The notes: generated by a model not told the origin, from the letters alone. Positions 42,259-52,151 are shown, counted from the stretch's first letter. The stretch is 64,000 bases of DNA from Candidatus Micrarchaeota archaeon (GCA_043816005.1 JBDRIM010000041.1:1-64000), one strand, 5' to 3'. Numbers and translations: made by a program.

Positions 42259-43511
42259 TCTAACACCCCAAGATTCTTTTTTGCTTGTCTAACAATAGGG
42301 TTTTCAGCCCATGTAAGAATATCAACTTTTGCAGCTGAGGCTTTATTTTGTAAAAATAATAACGCATCTAGTGGTTTTGATTCGAGTTTGGCCATAAACT
42401 CATTGAATGTTCCTTTGCCTAGTTTCTCATCAACTAATTTTGCTACCTCAGTGAAATTACCCGTAAGATAAGCTTCCTTGAGAACTTCTTTTCCAACAAG
42501 ATGCTGGAGAAAAGAAGCAGATAATACTTCTGGAGCATATGCAACATAACTCGGAGTCATATCATGAGAACGTACTAGTTCTTGTGCATGTAATTCTGTA
42601 AGACCTTCGTGAAGTGGTTTGATATAGGTTCCAGAATGATACTTTCCTTCGCTATCAATAAAACGAATGTTAAAGCCACCACCAAGATAGGCAGCATAAT
42701 GGAGATCTTCATGGGCAACTACCGAAAAAGCATCATCGTGGTTGCGTCTAGTGTTGAAACGATCAAGCACCGCGATATGATTCGTATCGGTAAAATAAAT
42801 ACCAACTGATGGACTACCATATGCTTCTTCTCGCTTCCTGAAAAATGATTCTGGTTCGGCAGTAATGACCGGAGGTGTTTTCTTAAAACGACTTGCAATC
42901 TTTTCTCCAAGATAAGAAGCATCCAACCAACTAGAAACTTGTTGCTCTGCTTTAGGAATTGGTCTAGTAATAAAGACAGAACTGAGAGTGTCAGTAATTG
43001 CAGAGTTGATACGTTCAAAAAAATCACTTATTGCTTCAGTAGCATCAGTAATAGCTTTACCAACTTTTTTGATCCCATCCCACAATTTCTCAAAAAAACC
43101 TTTTTCCCCAAAACTCTCTTCTGATGATTTTGAATGATCTATTTTTCTCTCAATTCTAAGTTCTGCTTCTACAGTTAATATTTCTGAATGTTTTTTTGCA
43201 CTTTTCTTGTCCATAACTAGTGGCGGAGCAAAATGACCACTTGTAATATCTTCTAGCTGAGCATATTTTTTTGGATCAGTAGGATGGATAAGTTCACGAT
43301 GGCTAGAAACTCTGGGATCCTTGAGAGTATCTTCAACTGTACCTCCGTGTCCAACTATATCAAGTATTGCATCGAGAGCTCTCTTAGCAGATGCCGTAAC
43401 CTCGGTTGGAGATGCAATTGGAAGTTGTTTTGCATGTTCAGTAACTACTCTAACTGCCTCTTCAGCTCCTTTGATTTTCTCAGGATCAGCAGTTTTTTCA
43501 GCACCGCCCAT
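42255..43511 (-). CDS. putative zincin metallopeptidase-domain protein
   Basis: VAHEDLH followed by LHEGLTE. Confidence 0.6.
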   Translation of the reverse strand: MGGAEKTADPEKIKGAEEAVRVVTEHAKQLPIASPTEVTASAKRALDAILDIVGHGGTVEDTLKDPRVSSHRELIHPTDPKKYAQLEDITSGHFAPPLVMDKKSAKKHSEILTVEAELRIERKIDHSKSSEESFGEKGFFEKLWDGIKKVGKAITDATEAISDFFERINSAITDTLSSVFITRPIPKAEQQVSSWLDASYLGEKIASRFKKTPPVITAEPESFFRKREEAYGSPSVGIYFTDTNHIAVLDRFNTRRNHDDAFSVVAHEDLHYAAYLGGGFNIRFIDSEGKYHSGTYIKPLHEGLTELHAQELVRSHDMTPSYVAYAPEVLSASFLQHLVGKEVLKEAYLTGNFTEVAKLVDEKLGKGTFNEFMAKLESKPLDALLFLQNKASAAKVDILTWAENPIVRQAKKNLGVLE

Positions 43512-43814
43512 TTAACCATGTTCCTCCAATTCGATTTTTTTACAAATTGATACAAAATCCCGAAGTCTTTTTGTAACAGAATTAAGATCTTTTTTACCTT
43601 TTAGTGATTTTTTTTCCCAATTTGAAAATAAACCATGACAGGTGCGCAAATAATCAATCTTAGCTGCAAGATGTTGTGGCTTTTTCTTTGTTCCTTCCCA
43701 ATCAGCTATCGCAACTTCTATTAGTGAGATTGAGTGACTAACTTTAGTTTGCGTTTCAATCTCAAGATCAAAAAGTTTAGCTCCGATTTCTGTTTCATCC
43801 ATTGAATCCACCAA
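43512..43814 (-). CDS. hypothetical protein
   Basis: 100-aa ORF in operon. Confidence 0.55.
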   Translation of the reverse strand: MVDSMDETEIGAKLFDLEIETQTKVSHSISLIEVAIADWEGTKKKPQHLAAKIDYLRTCHGLFSNWEKKSLKGKKDLNSVTKRLRDFVSICKKIELEEHG

Positions 43815-43815
43815 A

Positions 43816-44877
43816 CTAATTTCTATTCTGTAATTTAAATATTTTTGGACTGAGCATACCCCCAGATCTGACTTCTGTTGTTGTTACCATACCTTTTTTC
43901 TCAAGTGAGTCAAGATAGTTTCTTATCTGACGCTTGGAAACATTGAACTTTTTTGAAAATAACGAGTAAAGTTCTGTGGAACCAATTTCACCATTTTTCA
44001 AAATTTCGGTAATAAATGATTCTTCTGGAGTTAGATTAAGTTCTTGTTTCTTAAAATCAGGGGTTTCTGCGAGAATGTCCTCCAAATCCTGAATCATAAT
44101 CTTAGATTTACCAGAATTTTCTGCATGTTTTGCTGCTTTCCACAATCGTTCTATTGCAATTCTTGCAGAACCATCTTCTACTGATCGTGCGATTTTTGTA
44201 AGTAATTTTTCATCAAAAGCCTGTGGCATAAGTGCTACTTCGGCTCTTGATCGTAAAATAGATGCTAGTTGTTCGTCGGAATAGGGTTGAAACTCCATAG
44301 CTGTAAATCTAAGCGAACTTCTTATTCTTGCATCGAGTTTAGATAGAAGGGATTTATTATTGGAAATACCAATTATACCGAATGCAAGCATTTTTTCATT
44401 CGAACGAGAGATAACATAAAGGAGTTCGTCATGGCGCAGGCCGTCCATTTCGTCTAATATTAGAAAAACTGGCTTCTTGTAACTTTTTATATATTGCATT
44501 ATTCTATCGAAAATCTCATCTGGTGCAAGACCACGACGTGGAAGTGGAAGACGCATTTCTTCCACAATTCTATTATATATTGCCAATTGAGTGGGATTTT
44601 CCCAGCAGTTCACATAAACAGAAATGACGGAAGATGACTGTTCAGATAATTCTCTAATCAAATATTTTATACAAGAAGTTTTTCCAGTTCCTGAAGAACC
44701 GTGGATAAAAAGATTTTGAGGGGTTCTTCTGCCTAGCAGTGGTTTTATACAATCAGCAAGATATTGAAGCTCTTTATCGCGATAAACAAGTTCATCTGGT
44801 AGATAATCAGGTAGAATCACACGCTCGTCACGAATGATAAGAGATTGGTTATCTCCCCTATCAAAGTATCCTGACAT
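43816..44877 (-). CDS. cdc6: Orc1/Cdc6 family replication initiator
   Basis: DYLPDELVYRD, GSSGTGKT, YVNC, LILDEMD, RIRSSL, FQPY, C-terminal wHTH. Confidence 0.85.
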   Translation of the reverse strand: MSGYFDRGDNQSLIIRDERVILPDYLPDELVYRDKELQYLADCIKPLLGRRTPQNLFIHGSSGTGKTSCIKYLIRELSEQSSSVISVYVNCWENPTQLAIYNRIVEEMRLPLPRRGLAPDEIFDRIMQYIKSYKKPVFLILDEMDGLRHDELLYVISRSNEKMLAFGIIGISNNKSLLSKLDARIRSSLRFTAMEFQPYSDEQLASILRSRAEVALMPQAFDEKLLTKIARSVEDGSARIAIERLWKAAKHAENSGKSKIMIQDLEDILAETPDFKKQELNLTPEESFITEILKNGEIGSTELYSLFSKKFNVSKRQIRNYLDSLEKKGMVTTTEVRSGGMLSPKIFKLQNRN

Positions 44878-44937
44878 AATTATGATGGGACAGCAAAAAC
44901 ATAAAACAGTTGGCTTCGCATATCATTTGGTGTTGGA

Positions 44938-45765
44938 TTGCAAGATATATTTGTAGTCAAGGAAAGTGGCGAAAGGGAAAAGTACAGACAACAAAAGGTA
45001 AGACACGCACTTAAGAGAATCGGATTGAGTGAAAATGAGACGGCAGAAGTACTTCATGAACTCGAAAAAAGATTATATGAAGGTATGACAACAAAAAAAA
45101 TCTACGCTATTCTTTATGAAATCATAGAAAACAGAAAACCGGAATTGTCACACAGATATAATCTTAAGCGTGCTCTTTTCGAGATTGGCCCTGATGGTTA
45201 CAGTTTTGAGACCTTTATTTCAAGATTGCTCGAACTGAATGGTTATGAAACAAAACTTAGACAGATAGTAAAAGGCAAATGCATAAATCATGAAATCGAT
45301 GTTGTTGCAACAAAAAACGATAAAACATACATGATTGAATGTAAATTCCATAATCAACCAGGAACCAGGTGTAGAGTGCAAACTATTCTTTATGTCCATT
45401 CACGTTATCTTGATTTAAGAGAAGGGACAAAAAAAGGATATTGCTGTAAATTTGACAAACCCTGGCTTATAACAAATACCAAATTTTCTGAGGATGTACG
45501 CAGTTATGCAGAATGTATGGAACTGCCTCTTCTTGGATGGAGATATCCAGCTAAAAATAGTCTTGAAGTAATGGTGGATAAATCAAAATGTTACCCGATT
45601 ACTGTGATAAATATGAATAATGATACCTTGAGAAAGCTTCTTAGTAAAGATATTGTAACTGTTTATGATATACCTGAGAATGCAAATAAATTAGCAAATA
45701 TTACAAGCGTACCGATATCTATCGCAAAACAAATAGTTGAAAAGGCCGCTTACGCCCGTGATTGA
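44938..45765 (+). CDS. ATP-cone plus Mrr-like PD-(D/E)xK endonuclease domain protein
   Basis: VVKESGERE cone; HEIDVVA..IECKFH. Confidence 0.8.
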   Translation: MQDIFVVKESGEREKYRQQKVRHALKRIGLSENETAEVLHELEKRLYEGMTTKKIYAILYEIIENRKPELSHRYNLKRALFEIGPDGYSFETFISRLLELNGYETKLRQIVKGKCINHEIDVVATKNDKTYMIECKFHNQPGTRCRVQTILYVHSRYLDLREGTKKGYCCKFDKPWLITNTKFSEDVRSYAECMELPLLGWRYPAKNSLEVMVDKSKCYPITVINMNNDTLRKLLSKDIVTVYDIPENANKLANITSVPISIAKQIVEKAAYARD

Positions 45766-46470
45766 TTGAAAAGAATATTAGAAATAGATGCGCTGAGGGG
45801 CGTTGCCATTGTATTGATGATAATTTATCATTTTCTTTTTGATCTTAATTTTTTTGGAATTGTGAATATAGATATACATGACACAAACATAGTAATTTTC
45901 CAAAGAACAATAGCAATTTTATTTATTGGTTTAGTTGGCATTTCAATAACACTTAGTGAGAACCGCAATAAACGTGGATATTTGAGTCATTTCTGGCGCG
46001 GACTTAAATTAGTAAATATTGCAATTTTGATAACTGCAGCGACGTGGATTTTCCCCCATGATGGATTTATTACTTTTGGAATTATACATATGATTGCACT
46101 TTCAACTTTTATCGCACCTGCTTTTTTTAAACTTGGAAAATGGAATTTCTTGGTTGGTCTTGGCCTTGTAAGTCTTGGGATTTGGCTGAACACACTAGTC
46201 ACAAATTCACGTTTCTTTTTTTGGCTGGGGTTACCATTTCCAGAATATTTTGCTTTGGATTATTATCCGATGTTGCCATGGTTTGGAGTTATTTTGATTG
46301 GTATGGCAATTGGCCAGGCAGCATACCACAAAAATGAAAGTAGGTTTAAGATAAAGGATATTGGACTGGTGAACAAATTAGTTTTTTTAGGTAAAAATTC
46401 ATTAGTCATATATTTAGTACATCAAGTTGTTCTGGTTGGATTAATAATTACTTATTTGTACTTGAAATAA
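45766..46470 (+). CDS. DUF1624 / HGSNAT-like membrane acyltransferase
   Basis: IDALRGVAIVLM, DYYPMLPW, SLVIYLVHQ. Confidence 0.85.
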   Translation: MKRILEIDALRGVAIVLMIIYHFLFDLNFFGIVNIDIHDTNIVIFQRTIAILFIGLVGISITLSENRNKRGYLSHFWRGLKLVNIAILITAATWIFPHDGFITFGIIHMIALSTFIAPAFFKLGKWNFLVGLGLVSLGIWLNTLVTNSRFFFWLGLPFPEYFALDYYPMLPWFGVILIGMAIGQAAYHKNESRFKIKDIGLVNKLVFLGKNSLVIYLVHQVVLVGLIITYLYLK

Positions 46471-46472
46471 AA

Positions 46473-46628
46473 TGGGCCCGATGAGATTTGAACTCATGAC
46501 CTTTCGATTATCAGTCGAACGCTCTAGCCGAGTTACTCATACCGTTTTAGTTAAATTAATGCGCCAAAAAGTACAGATAGTTTTTGGACGCACCTTTTTC
46601 CTAAAAAGGTGCGCTGAGCTACGGGCCC
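46473..46628 (-). tRNA. tRNA-Ile(GAT) with ~81-nt D-loop intron (~46533-46613)
   Basis: GGGCCCGTAGCTCAG / CTCGGCTAGAGCGTTCGACTGATAATCGAAAGGTCATGAGTTCAAATCTCATCGGGCCCA. Confidence 0.9.
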
Positions 46629-46666
46629 AAAAGTAAGCAGAATATGAAGGGTATAATTTTAAAATG

Positions 46667-47119
46667 TCAGCTCTCCGCCACAACAATCATTGTTTTAGTT
46701 TTTGTGATGCCTTTTGTTGATTGTAGTCGTTGTAACAAAAGATTTTGAAATTCTTCCATATCCCTACAGCGAACTGTGATGAGAAGATCTGCATCTCCAG
46801 TTACAATATCAACTGTTTCAACACCATTTATTTTTTTTATGTCATTCGCAACATCTTTCTGTGTTCTTTTCAGCTGTATTAGCATAGTTAGATCAACAAA
46901 TGCAAGGATATGTGCTTTCATCCTTAATCCAAGCAGCTTGTTGTTCTTTTTTATTGTCCATGAATCAATAAATTTCTCTTTTTCTAATCTTTTTATTCTG
47001 TGGTGAACTGTTGACGCTGGAATGCCCATTTTTCTGGCGAGAACATGGATTCTGATTTTAGCATCTGCTTCGAGTAACTGTAATAATTCCATATCTATTT
47101 CGTCTGCTTTCTTTTCCAT
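46667..47119 (-). CDS. Lrp/AsnC family regulator
   Basis: DEIDMELLQLL..STVHHRIKRL, VTGDADL; divergent from asparagine synthetase. Confidence 0.9.
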   Translation of the reverse strand: MEKKADEIDMELLQLLEADAKIRIHVLARKMGIPASTVHHRIKRLEKEKFIDSWTIKKNNKLLGLRMKAHILAFVDLTMLIQLKRTQKDVANDIKKINGVETVDIVTGDADLLITVRCRDMEEFQNLLLQRLQSTKGITKTKTMIVVAES

Positions 47120-47232
47120 ATTGGATAATTTCCAATAAAAGTTTAAAAAACTTGCTATTTTTGTAAATTTTACAAATAAATATGGATAAAATATAAATAC
47201 TAAATTTGTTGCAGCAATTGTAGGTGAATTAT

Positions 47233-48138
47233 ATGAGAGACATCAAAAGAATCCATCTGAGAATTGTTTCTGGTTTGTTGAAGTATACTACTGAACACTT
47301 CCACCATAATGGATTCACTCAACTCATGCCAGTTATTTTATCATCAGTAACAGATCCGCTTGGACCAGATCCTGGAAGTAGTGTAATCAAAACTGGTGAA
47401 ATTGAGTATCTTGGTCAACGATTATCATTAACACAGTCAATGATACTTCATAAGCAGATTGCCATTCGCGAAGGAATTGAAAAATTATTCATTATATCCC
47501 CAAACGTAAGATTAGAACATCCAAACCGCAGAGAGAGTGGAAAACACTTGTTTGAATTCTCACAGGTTGATTTCGAAATAGCACATGGCAGTAAAGAAGA
47601 GGTATTCCGACTAATGGAAGGGTTCATCACTGGTGCAATTAGTTATATGAAACTTCATCATGCTCATGATCTTGAAGTATTAGGAAGAGCATTGCTATCT
47701 ATAGATGGGCCATTCAAAAGATATACCACATATGAACTCAAAGACAAATACGGCGATGATTGGGAAAGTTTAGCTTCTTTGGAAACAAAACAACCATTTT
47801 GGGTACTTGATCACACTAGAGAGTTCTATGACAAAGAAGATCCAGATAGACCTGGACATTATGTCAACTATGATATGATTTACCCTGAAGGTTTTTGTGA
47901 GGGGTTGTCAGGTGCTGAACGTGAGTATGAATATGATATCATATTGAGGAAAATTACAAAACAGGGTCTTGATAAATCTCGTTATGCGCCATATTTAGAA
48001 CTTGCGAAGGATGGTTTGACTCCATCTGCAGGTGGTGGATTTGGAGTTGAACGACTGGCAAGATATATTACTGGTGCAAAACATATTGGTGATGTTCAGC
48101 TTTTCAGACGAGTTCCAGGTGAACCTGTTGTAGTTTAA
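47233..48138 (+). CDS. archaeal asparagine synthetase A (AsnRS-like, no anticodon domain)
   Basis: TDPL, LTQSMILHKQ, SPNVRLE, HLFEFSQVDFE, PSAGGGFGVERL. Confidence 0.88.
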   Translation: MRDIKRIHLRIVSGLLKYTTEHFHHNGFTQLMPVILSSVTDPLGPDPGSSVIKTGEIEYLGQRLSLTQSMILHKQIAIREGIEKLFIISPNVRLEHPNRRESGKHLFEFSQVDFEIAHGSKEEVFRLMEGFITGAISYMKLHHAHDLEVLGRALLSIDGPFKRYTTYELKDKYGDDWESLASLETKQPFWVLDHTREFYDKEDPDRPGHYVNYDMIYPEGFCEGLSGAEREYEYDIILRKITKQGLDKSRYAPYLELAKDGLTPSAGGGFGVERLARYITGAKHIGDVQLFRRVPGEPVVV

Positions 48139-48177
48139 TTTTTATTTTCTTTTAACTTATTTTGTTCTGGTGTTTGA

Positions 48178-48702
48178 ATGGTAGTAAAAACAATAAGATT
48201 AGTTGGTGATCCTGTATTAAGACAAGAATGCCCGGATATAAAAGACTATCATTCGGTAACGCAAATTGTGGAAGATTTACAAGACACACTTTTAGATTTC
48301 AGAACAAAAAATGGTTTTGGTAGTGGTATAGCAGCACCTCAAATTGGAGAAACAGTTCGTGCGATTTATATTTCTACAAAAGAGTTTGAAGGGGAAATAT
48401 TGAATCCGCAGATTACAAAACATAGTGATGTTACTGCGCTTTTTTGGGATGCGTGTTTTAGCTTTGAACCTTCGTTTTTTGCAAAAGTAAAAAGATGGAC
48501 GTCTGTAGAGGTAGAATATTATGATATTTTAGGTAACAAGAAGATCATCAAAAATACCACCGAACACCTAGCTGCGTTATTACAGCACGAAATTGACCAC
48601 ATTAACAAAGTATTATTCATAGATAGAATAGTTCAACAAGGTGATTATATCATACCTTGCAGTGTATGGAAACATATGGGCAAACCACTGCGAGTAGATT
48701 AA
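48178..48702 (+). CDS. def: peptide deformylase
   Basis: GDPVLR, GIAAPQIG, DACFS (EGCLS variant), QHEIDH. Confidence 0.85.
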   Translation: MVVKTIRLVGDPVLRQECPDIKDYHSVTQIVEDLQDTLLDFRTKNGFGSGIAAPQIGETVRAIYISTKEFEGEILNPQITKHSDVTALFWDACFSFEPSFFAKVKRWTSVEVEYYDILGNKKIIKNTTEHLAALLQHEIDHINKVLFIDRIVQQGDYIIPCSVWKHMGKPLRVD

Positions 48703-48744
48703 TTTGGCGCTGATTTTTATTTCCTTTCAAACAATTTAATATTA

Positions 48745-49857
48745 ATGAAAATCGCGATTTTTTCTGATCCTCATTTAGGTTACCTAAGATTTGAAGAGGA
48801 TAGCTATATTCAGGCTGAGAGAGTTATAGTTGATGCATCAGAAAAAGCAGACGTTATTCTTTGTGCTGGAGATGTTTTTGATGTAAAAATTCCAAAATTG
48901 GAAACGTTGAAACATGCGGTGGAAATTTTCAAAAAGGCAAAAAAACCAATATACGCAATTCATGGAAATCACGAAAGGAGAGCGAAGGAAATGGTTAATC
49001 CAGTTCAATTGCTTGCTTCGAGTACAGAAATGGTGTTGTTGCATGGATCCGACGCAACATTTGAAAAAAATGGCGAGAAAATACAAATATTTGGAATGGG
49101 AAGTGTACCGGAAGAATATGCTGAAACTGCATTGAAGAACGTGATGCAAAAATTTAGCAAGCAGGATAGTTCGTTTCGAATTTTGATGATACATCAATCC
49201 ATAAAAGAGCTAGTGCCTGGCGGAACGGAAGAACTTTCACTTGAATATCTTGAAAGTTTGCCATTTGATTTGATTATCAATGGGCACATCCATGAAACAA
49301 TAATAAAATTAGATGGACGTTTTCTTATACCTGGAAGTACAGTGATAACGCAATTAAAAAAAGATGAGACAGCACCAAAAGGATATTACATATATGATAC
49401 GAAAACCAAAAAATCAGAATTCATAGCTGTTGAAACCAGAAAATTCTTCTATGAAGAATTTAAATTTGACAATAAGAGCGAGATAGAAATTAGAAAACAA
49501 GTAAAAGAAAAAATTGAGAGTCTAAGATCAGAAAGCAAGGATGCAATAATTGTTATAAAAATCAAAGGTAAATTAAAAGATGGATTAAATAGTTCGGACA
49601 TAAGAATAGATGAATACGAAAATGTTTACATTGACAATAAACTCAACGAAGAAAATCTAGCTGCAAGAATCGAAAAAATCAAGAATAATCGTGAAGCAAA
49701 TCTTTCGGTAAGAGAGATAGCAGTTAGTGAGCTGAAAAAGAAAACCGAGAATAAAATAACACTATTTGATAGTTCTGATTTATTTGAAAAACTCCTTGAG
49801 GGACCTGAAGAAACACTTGTTTACCTAGAAACACATAATAAAAAGGAAACTGGTTAG
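48745..49857 (+). CDS. mre11: Mre11/SbcD DNA repair nuclease
   Basis: SDPHLG, AGDVFD, HGNHE, HQS, NGHIH. Confidence 0.85.
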   Translation: MKIAIFSDPHLGYLRFEEDSYIQAERVIVDASEKADVILCAGDVFDVKIPKLETLKHAVEIFKKAKKPIYAIHGNHERRAKEMVNPVQLLASSTEMVLLHGSDATFEKNGEKIQIFGMGSVPEEYAETALKNVMQKFSKQDSSFRILMIHQSIKELVPGGTEELSLEYLESLPFDLIINGHIHETIIKLDGRFLIPGSTVITQLKKDETAPKGYYIYDTKTKKSEFIAVETRKFFYEEFKFDNKSEIEIRKQVKEKIESLRSESKDAIIVIKIKGKLKDGLNSSDIRIDEYENVYIDNKLNEENLAARIEKIKNNREANLSVREIAVSELKKKTENKITLFDSSDLFEKLLEGPEETLVYLETHNKKETG

Positions 49858-49910
49858 TAATAACAAGCCAGATGTGGCTTAGTAAAAAAATTCGTCAAAA
49901 TTAACAAAAA

Positions 49911-49944
49911 GTTTTTTGTCGAACTTTTTTTCTAAAAAAGTTCG
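49911..49944. repeat. hairpin-repeat family member abutting the tRNA-Leu 5' end
   Basis: GTTTTTTGT-CGAAC-TTTTTTTCTAAAAAA-GTTCG. Confidence 0.65.
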
Positions 49945-50188
49945 CAGGGATGACAGAGCCCGGTCTGGCCCCTTTTCTTTTGGAAAAGAAAAGGCCCCAG
50001 GGTTCAAAAGAAAACTCTGGCTTCAAAAATAGAATTGGGGCTCCGGAAAAATGTGCGGCGCTTAGGAAGGCTTTTTGTCTCGTGCTTCTCAAAGGGAAAA
50101 AACCCTGGAAAAAGGTCATGAGATAAACAAATGCTTTATGAAACGCCGTGGCTTAGTGCCTGCGCAGGTTCGAATCCTGCTCCCTGCA
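49944..50188 (+). tRNA. tRNA-Leu(TAG) with two introns (~49966-50048 in D-loop; 50067-50142 at 37/38)
   Basis: GCAGGGA/TCCCTGC acceptor, CGGCG-CTTAGG|A-CGCCG anticodon arm, long variable arm, GGTTCGAATCC. Confidence 0.88.
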
Positions 50189-50383
50189 TCTAGTTTTTTT
50201 CTATAATCTCAACCTTTTTCGTCAATGACCAGATGGTCATCCGTTTCGTGTCGTGAGTTTTGCCGAGGTAAAACTCAGGTGATCGTCTAACCCCGTTCAG
50301 GCCTCAGTTTATAAAGAACTCAGGCAATTGACGAGATGACCTCAGGCCAGAGCTTAAATACAACCTACCTCAGAACCCCACAC

Positions 50384-51574
50384 ATGAACGAGTATACCAT
50401 ATACAAGCACCAGACGAATATGGTCCAGGAGTTAAAGCGCCTGGCAAGGGACGATTTGCCAGAGCCAACCAAGAAGAAAATAGAAGAATTCGGAAAGATC
50501 AGGTTGGCAAGGGGCACCACAAAGTTAAGGATAGTTAAATGCATGTGGTGTCTAAGATCACTTGCCAAATGGCTTGGAAAGGATTTTTCCGACGCTACAA
50601 AAGAAGATTTGCTTAACCTTGTAACTGCGCTTGACCTAAAAGATTATGCTGAACACACGAAATACGACTTCAAAATAGTTCTCAAATTATTTTACAAATG
50701 GCTGCTTGGGAATGATGAAGAATTTCCAGCAGTAATCAAATGGCTTAAGCCCAGAATGAAGAGTCAGAAACATAAACTACCCGAAGAGCTCTTAACGGTT
50801 GAAGAAGTCCAAAAACTGGCAAATACAACTACAAACGCTCGAGATAAGGCTATTATTTTGATTTTATACGAGTCTGGTTGCCGCATAGGTGAATTGCTTT
50901 ACCTCAAGCTGAAGAACGTTTATTTTGACAATTACGGCGCTGTTTTACGCGTTTCTGGCAAGACCGGAGATAGACGAGTTAGGATAATAGCCTCGGTACA
51001 AGTGCTAACCCAATGGCTCCAAGAGCATCCTGATAAGGACAATCCAGATGCACCACTTTGGCCTGCAAGGATGAAAAGATACAAACCTGAACCTTTTGCT
51101 TATGCTTCGCTTTTGATTATGCTGAAATGCATTGCAGTTGCTTGTGGCATTAGAAAAAGAATCTACCCCCATCTTTTCAGGCATAGCAGAGCTACTGCCT
51201 TAGCAAATAATCTTACTGAAGCCCAGCTCAAGGAATATTTTGGTTGGACTCAGGGCTCGGATATGGCGGCTACTTATGTACATTTATCAGGCAGAGACGT
51301 TGATACAGCGTTGTTGGCAATGTATTCTTTAGCGGATAAACCAGTTCAAAGAGAAACAAAACTTGATATCAAAATTTGCTCCCGCTGCAAAGAAAAGAAT
51401 TCTCCAACACAATCATTTTGTGGAAAATGTGGCAATCCATTTGATGACAGACTTTTATTTGACCCCAACAAGAAGCCAAACGAACTCATGAACATTTTAA
51501 TCGAAGATGAAGAAGTCAAAACTTTGTTATTGAGGAAAATTACGGAAAAAGGCCTACAGAATTATTTAGGGTGA
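50384..51574 (+). CDS. tyrosine recombinase/integrase with C-terminal zinc ribbon
   Basis: YESGCRIGE, GKTG, HLFRHSRAT, FGW, YVH; CSRC..CGKCG; TATA-like CTTAAATA 24 nt before ATG 50384. Confidence 0.92.
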   Translation: MNEYTIYKHQTNMVQELKRLARDDLPEPTKKKIEEFGKIRLARGTTKLRIVKCMWCLRSLAKWLGKDFSDATKEDLLNLVTALDLKDYAEHTKYDFKIVLKLFYKWLLGNDEEFPAVIKWLKPRMKSQKHKLPEELLTVEEVQKLANTTTNARDKAIILILYESGCRIGELLYLKLKNVYFDNYGAVLRVSGKTGDRRVRIIASVQVLTQWLQEHPDKDNPDAPLWPARMKRYKPEPFAYASLLIMLKCIAVACGIRKRIYPHLFRHSRATALANNLTEAQLKEYFGWTQGSDMAATYVHLSGRDVDTALLAMYSLADKPVQRETKLDIKICSRCKEKNSPTQSFCGKCGNPFDDRLLFDPNKKPNELMNILIEDEEVKTLLLRKITEKGLQNYLG

Positions 51575-51593
51575 TTAGATAGACTGGTGGAAA

Positions 51594-52151
51594 TTGGCTG
51601 AATATCTTATTGGCGGAGCTGCCATTATTGTTTTTGGCACAATTTTGGCAGTAATTGCCACGCCTTTTGTAATTGGCTACTTTATCACGATAGGACTTTG
51701 GAATCTTTACGATTGGATTCACGAGAAATTCCCAAAAAAGAAAATGGAGATGAGAAAAATGTCAGCTGCTGAAATAAAGGAATTGGAGGAAACGAAGCAA
51801 AAAATTAAGGAGGATGAACGCAAGGAAAAGGCAAGTTTATTGCTGGAATTTGAAGAACTGGCAAAGAAAAAAGAGGAACTGAAAAAAGACATTGACAAAC
51901 AAACTGAAATGCTTGAAAAAATGGTTAAAGTTGTTCGAATTGCAACCTATGCTGACCCCTTCAGCCATGGCTATGATATGCGCCATACAACCAATACCCT
52001 TGCCAACTTCAATATAAGCGATATAGATAACTATGAACGCCTAAAATCAAAAGCACTTGAATACGAACGTCTGACCTTCAGGATGTTCACTATCAACCAA
52101 AAATTGAAGCTGCTGGGCCTTGATTACCGTGTGAGGGGTCCTTATGCTTGA
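51594..52151 (+). CDS. membrane-anchored coiled-coil hypothetical protein
   Basis: N-terminal TM, charged coiled coil. Confidence 0.6.
   Translation: MAEYLIGGAAIIVFGTILAVIATPFVIGYFITIGLWNLYDWIHEKFPKKKMEMRKMSAAEIKELEETKQKIKEDERKEKASLLLEFEELAKKKEELKKDIDKQTEMLEKMVKVVRIATYADPFSHGYDMRHTTNTLANFNISDIDNYERLKSKALEYERLTFRMFTINQKLKLLGLDYRVRGPYA

Noticed and set aside
44878..44937. Replication origin next to cdc6
   Set aside because: The intergenic region is very short and no ORB/mini-ORB motifs were recognised
48745..49857. Mre11 as part of a defence island
   Set aside because: It looks like the housekeeping archaeal Mre11 and lies outside the att-bounded element; rad50 may be elsewhere in the genome
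49874..49883. GTGGCTTAGT duplicated upstream of tRNA-Leu and in its variable arm (permuted tRNA or att site?)
   Set aside because: Only 10 bp; the tRNA is complete without it, and the sequence overlaps a degenerate hairpin-repeat end
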